In this document: piece by piece, positions 36,134 to 41,603 of the stretch
How the letters are laid out: every line of letters starts with the position of its first letter
How positions within the stretch are numbered: the first letter of the stretch is position 1
Source: Conidiobolus incongruus B7586
Lineage: Eukaryota
Assembly (NCBI GenBank): GCA_000697335.1
Contig: JNEM01012248.1
Coordinates: 1-41,603 of the forward strand
Reading direction: 5' to 3'
Length of the DNA stretch: 41,603 nucleotides
Program-made: the position numbers and the translations under genes
Notes under the pieces: model-generated
What the model was told of the DNA's origin: nothing
Databases searched by the model: none
Seen by the model: the letters and a program-made list of their open reading frames with translations, nothing else

Positions 36134-38889
36134 CAAAATCAATATTAACTACTTAAAATTTTCTTTAATTGAATTTTAATTATAGTTGAACTTCTTCTAT
36201 CATTGCCCCAACTTTGAGATATTAAGGTTATTTGATTTCAATTTATTTCACCCATTGTTCTAATGCAATAAAATGTTTGAGTTTAAAATTAATTAATTAA
36301 TATAAAATAAAAAATTTTGATGACATTACTGATTTAAATCTAATATCATATTATTTTATAACAATATATTGAGTTTATATATATATATATATATTAATCA
36401 ATACTTATATTGTCTTCTATAAATGTTTAGTGCCATTCTAATGATATAATTATCAAAAATAATTAAACTAGACTATCATTTTTGTTACTCACTGCCATGA
36501 TGATATAATTTGTAATACATGACAATATCGATAATCAAAAAAATATTGCGCTAATTCTAAATCAAATTTTTATAGAGTTCAATTGAACTTTTCATTGTTT
36601 GTCAAGTGAAAGTTTATTTGTAAATTGGTATGCATTGTGTATAAAACTTGGATAGCTGGAGTTTAAGCAATTGGCATAGTCCGAAAAATTTAAAAAAATC
36701 ATCAAAGCCTTCTCAACTTGGTAAATTGGGAGAATCCTATTTCAAGTTTATGGAAATTTGAAATCACTAAAAATGGTTAATTGACCAAAACTTTTAAGCC
36801 ATAAAATCCAGTAGAAAGATTAAGAGAAAATACTTTACAGAATTGCTTGATCTTGCATTTCAAATACTCAATTTGCAAAGTGGATAGTATGGAATAGTCT
36901 ATTAATTAATATTTGGTTCATAAATTTTTTAAGCAATGACATAATGATGCTTATATGCATTAAACTCAACTAAATTTAGAATTTTTGAAAAAATTATTTT
37001 TGAAACTTTTGTTTCTCATCTAGAATTTATTGATTTACTAAATTTCAATGAGAAATTTAAATTTTTTGATTATGATTAAATAATTAAATTTTTTGAAAAA
37101 TATATAATGAAATTTATATTAATATATTGGGTAAAAAGATATAAATCATTATTCAAATTTTTACTCGAATCCTTATTAATCTAAAGAGCTAGTTTGGGAA
37201 AATTTAAATATAATTAAAATAATTAAAATAATTAAGAGATATCATTGGAATTTTAAATTGTTTATATGAATAATTTATGCTGTTTGAAAGCTGTCTGATT
37301 ATTTAAGACTAAATATTTGGAATTTATAAACATTTTTATACATTTTAATATTCTTATAAAAATGGAAATTTCTACCATTATTAAGAATAATGAGATTAAA
37401 TTTTTCAAAATTTCTATAGGCTTTTGAATAATTTAAAAATAATATTGAAAAGATCGAATAATCGAGAATTTTGAATCAAAGCCAAAGTTACTGAAATAAG
37501 ACTTTAGAAAACATCCATGAATACAATTAAAATTAGTATCTTATCGCCCTCCTTATATTTTTTGCCCTATTTCAGCTTTAAAGAATAAAAATATTTCGAT
37601 TTAGCCCAGGAAAATGCTGATATATTAATACCCAAAATTTATACTAACACCTTATAATCATTAATACAACTATGCCACTCAAACCCACATTATAATAAAA
37701 ATTTTCCCAAATGAATATTATTTATATACAATATAGGTTAATATAATGGTTGAAATAAAAACTAGTCGATTTTCATTGTTAATAATCAAGCCATATATAT
37801 AATAATAATTAATCAATATAATTTATTATTGGTTAGATATATGACTGTTATTAGCTTTCACCAATCAAGGATTACAATTGAAATATGATTTGTTTAATAC
37901 ATTTCATATTTAAGAAAAATCTTTATTTTCAGCAATATTCAGTTATATAATAAATATATATTATATTTTCTATTATAGATATATTCTGTTAATATCAATA
38001 TTAATTTTTAAATTCCAAATCTCATTTCTGAATACTAGCATTAACTTTTGAATTTGAAAATTTATTAGTTGATAAAAATGCCATTTAAATTATCCTTTAA
38101 TTCTTAAATAGCTATGAACAATATATTCAATTGGGTATAGAAATGTTCTTATATAGAATTTGATAATATTATAATAGCAATTTTATTAAAGAAATGGATC
38201 CATGACTCAAGAGTAATGCTAAACAGAAATTATTTATCCATAAATTGTTTACAAATGAGGTATAAATGGATCTTTAAATTGCTATAATAAATAATAGATC
38301 AATCATCATTCAACATTGAGATGTTAAAATTTATGATGAATGATTTGAATTGTTAAATAGAAAGGGTTATTGAATTTAGAAATTTGTATAATATAAAATT
38401 TACACCTCTAAGTATTTATATTAGACCTTATATATAATTTACTCTTGGATTTTTTTGAAATCATAATTTTAAATAAAATGGAAAGTTGAATATCGAAAAT
38501 ACTTCAATAAATTACATATTAATGATTTACAATCTATAATTTTAATAATAAATTCATATTTTTAATTATAGGAAATATATTTCAATTATAATATACTGAA
38601 TATCCACTATTCAAAATTTGTTAAAAATGAATTGAATAAAATAACAATAATATGATATTCAAAATTTTAAAAGTTATTATAATTAAAGGAAATGGTATTG
38701 TAGCATCGATTTTTAATCTACTTATCAACCTCTACTCATAAAGTTGTTAATTGTTCCCCAAATATGATTAATTTATATAAAAGATGAAAGTTGAGATATT
38801 ATTTACTTGAAATGCAAGTTTGAAATTAGTAAAAAATTCAAAATTTTAAAATGAAGTGGTTCGTAATTATATTATTAAATTTGAATAAA

Positions 38890-39511
38890 TAAAGTTCATT
38901 CTATCAATGAATCGCGATTTCGATAATTTATTAAAATAGATTGATCATTAATCATAACAACTGACTGAACCAATAAAATTAGGAATAGAGTTAACTCGAT
39001 TCCATCTGATCAAAGGTCCCAAAAAATTCAGATTGGATTGTACAATTATCTAGGCCAGTTCCTCCAACTCAATAAATTGAAAATTTCCTGTTTTCATGTT
39101 TATATACTCTTTCTAGGTTCAGAACTAGACCAATTACAGGAATCTGGAAATTTAAATCTGTTTTCAAATACTCAATAATTCTACCAGTGAGAAATTAATA
39201 CGTTTTTCACTGGTTTTTGTGATCAAATTACAATCACCAATAATATTAAATCAAGGTCATTATATGGTAATTTGTATTCTGGCAACCATTCCTAAGGTGC
39301 AAAAGACAATTTCTTAATCATCGACTCAATTTTGTATTGGGACCATTTCGAAGCTGATCTATCTAAAATCGCAATATTTGGCAACTCAAGATCAAAATTA
39401 TCCAATAAGTATTTTGATATCTTACTCAAGCGACCGTTACTAGAGATTAAACATAATTTGTACCAGTTATATCATTATGATATTCATGACATCATGTTTG
39501 GTGGAGAGTAG
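38890..39511 (+). pseudogene. Fructosamine-3-kinase-family pseudogene
   Basis: LGIELTRFH (~38979), then IKSRSLYGNLYSGNHS*...LIIDSILYWDHFEADLS...NLYQLYHYDIHDIMFGGE* (39245-39511). Internal stop and frameshifts. Not in the ORF track. Confidence 0.85.
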
Positions 39512-40310
39512 GAATTGAGTTCAATAAATTGTGTTAGTTTTCGAATAAAAACTAATAAATCATATATATTTTTTATTTATAGTATATCATCAAGATTAAA
39601 AAATTGAAATTTATAGTTTGATAACCCAATTAATAAATTGGTTAGTAAATTGATTCAAGTATTAAAATATTCAAGGATTGATTGGAATTAAAAACCATAT
39701 ACAAATATTTGAAGATTACAATTATTAAGTATTATTAATGAAATTGAGACCAATAAACACCAAATTGTAATTATCAATTAATAAAATATGGAATTAATTT
39801 TGATCAAGTTATTACTTCAGTTTCAACAAATTTTATATCTTATATTTCAATATTATAAATAATCTAACAATGAAGAGATAAATAATATATTTATTCAAAC
39901 TTAGTCTCATATCATTTATATACAATTTTCAGTTGGATTTATGGCCATTTTATCAAATATACATTTGTATATTTATTTATATAATATATATTAATATCCC
40001 ATTATTAATTAAATTTAGCTTCTATAATTAAAAATTGAGGAAGTTCATCAATATCTCGGAATATAATATTAACTAAAACGTCATTAGAATACACAATATA
40101 CATATCTATTATAGATTGAAAAATAAGCATTATTTAAATATATACTATTGTTTATTTTTTTTAAATTATTTTCATAAAATTAAAATTATTATCATTTGAT
40201 CTGATTATATAATTATTACGTCATATCAATTTAAATTATTTATATATATTAATAATTACTATTATAAAATTGATATTCGGCATTTAAATTGAGGTGCAAA
40301 AATTCAACTT

Positions 40311-40430
40311 TTAATTGTTCACTCTTTGTTGTATTCCAGGTGAATCGAATTCAGTTGTAAATTTGAACTTGATGGATCTTAATAGCGAAAATAAGGAAAA
40401 TATGCACTCACAATTAACTCTTCTTTTTTT
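40311..40430 (-). repeat. Dispersed ~130-bp element, copy 3
   Basis: Minus strand: KKEELI | GTGAGT...AAG | FKFTTEFDSPGIQQRVNN*. Confidence 0.7.
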
Positions 40431-40862
40431 ATTTTAATCAAATAATTAATATAAATTTAAAACAAATTTATTTATATTTCATTTAGTTTATAGTTATTTT
40501 TGAAAATATATGATAAAACTATTGATAAATGATTACTATTAAATCTAAAATTTTAAATTTATTATCTTGTTTTATAATTTGATTAATATTTATATACTTA
40601 TATTACAAAAATATAACCCTTTTTCAATTCATTTTTTTTATCAACTGTATTAAAATATTTATGAATGTAAGTATTACAACAATTACTACCTAATTGATAC
40701 TTTTCTTCACTAAAATTTACTACTAAAGACTTAATTAACTAAATTAAGCCTTATCAACATTTTATTAGTTTACATCTGAATAATCTCAATATTACTCAGC
40801 TATATATACTTATGCCTATATATTTCACTTAGTTATAAGAAAAACTTAGATTTCTTTTTTTT

Positions 40863-40865
<3 letters not shown>

Positions 40866-40893
<28 letters not shown>
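40866..40893. repeat. (CT)n microsatellite
   Basis: Run of tc dinucleotides seen directly. Confidence 0.9.
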
Positions 40894-41603
40894 AATTTTT
40901 ATGCTTAAATATTACTTTAACCAAATAAACTTTTTTACTTAACTATTAATATATATTTTTATTGTTAATAGTTAATACCTTAATACTAGAGTATTAAGTT
41001 ATTATATTTCCTAAAGTATTGAGAAACTTGCTTCCTCTATCCTTAATTATTATTATTCACTTATAATAAAATTATTATTATATAATATAGCCTAAATTAT
41101 ATTGTAATAATAAACAATATAATATTATAAAATAATATTATAAATTTATATCAAATCACCTATAATTAAGCAATATATATTTATATATATAAACTATTTA
41201 TAATTATTTTTAAATATAAATATAAGAGTATATAAATAATATAATATTTTAATTTTTCTATTAATAAATATATTCAAATATTGAAATATATATTATATTG
41301 ATATTATCAATATAAAATATCTAATATTATTTGGCTAAAAGATTAGTTCTTAAATTCCTTAATATAAATTTCATATTTAATGTTAATCTTGAATAAATTA
41401 AGTAATTTAACTTTTTAGGTCAATTTAATCATATAGATTTATTTAATTTAATAAATAAACATAGTTTTTTCTTTTTTCTCAATCCTTACTATTTTTTTAA
41501 TTTTTGTTAATAATTATTATTTAATAAAATTAAAATTATTCTTATTAGAATTATATTTTATATTGATACTACCTATAAATTTTTTAATATAATAATATTA
41601 ATC

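Noticed and set aside
1..41603. CRISPR arrays, rRNA/tRNA genes, prokaryotic operons, alternative genetic code
   Set aside because: No spaced short repeats or recognisable structural RNAs. Intact genes read in the standard code, and transposon stops are explained by C>T/G>A mutation.

Overview
Very AT-rich eukaryotic DNA, probably fungal (Jen1-type transporters, a chromoviral Ty3/gypsy element, Tc1/mariner elements); the taxon cannot be fixed from the sequence. Five intact, apparently intronless genes: a secreted SMP-30/gluconolactonase, two near-identical copies of an orphan 186-aa protein inside a 1805-bp inverted duplication (6945-8749 / 12814-14618), and two convergent Jen1-like MFS transporters. 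Between them are decayed duplicates: three fructosamine-kinase pseudogenes, a third MFS pseudogene, a dispersed unknown relic pair, and three copies of a ~130-bp element that looks like the spliced 3' end of a small unannotated gene. A transposon nest at ~23.1-31.8 kb holds a gypsy element (400-bp LTRs, AATAT TSD) inserted into a mariner transposase, followed by a long-TIR Tc1 element. The transposons show strong C>T/G>A hypermutation, while duplicated host genes and pseudogenes do not and instead show signs of gene conversion. All alignments and counts were done by eye and should be recomputed.
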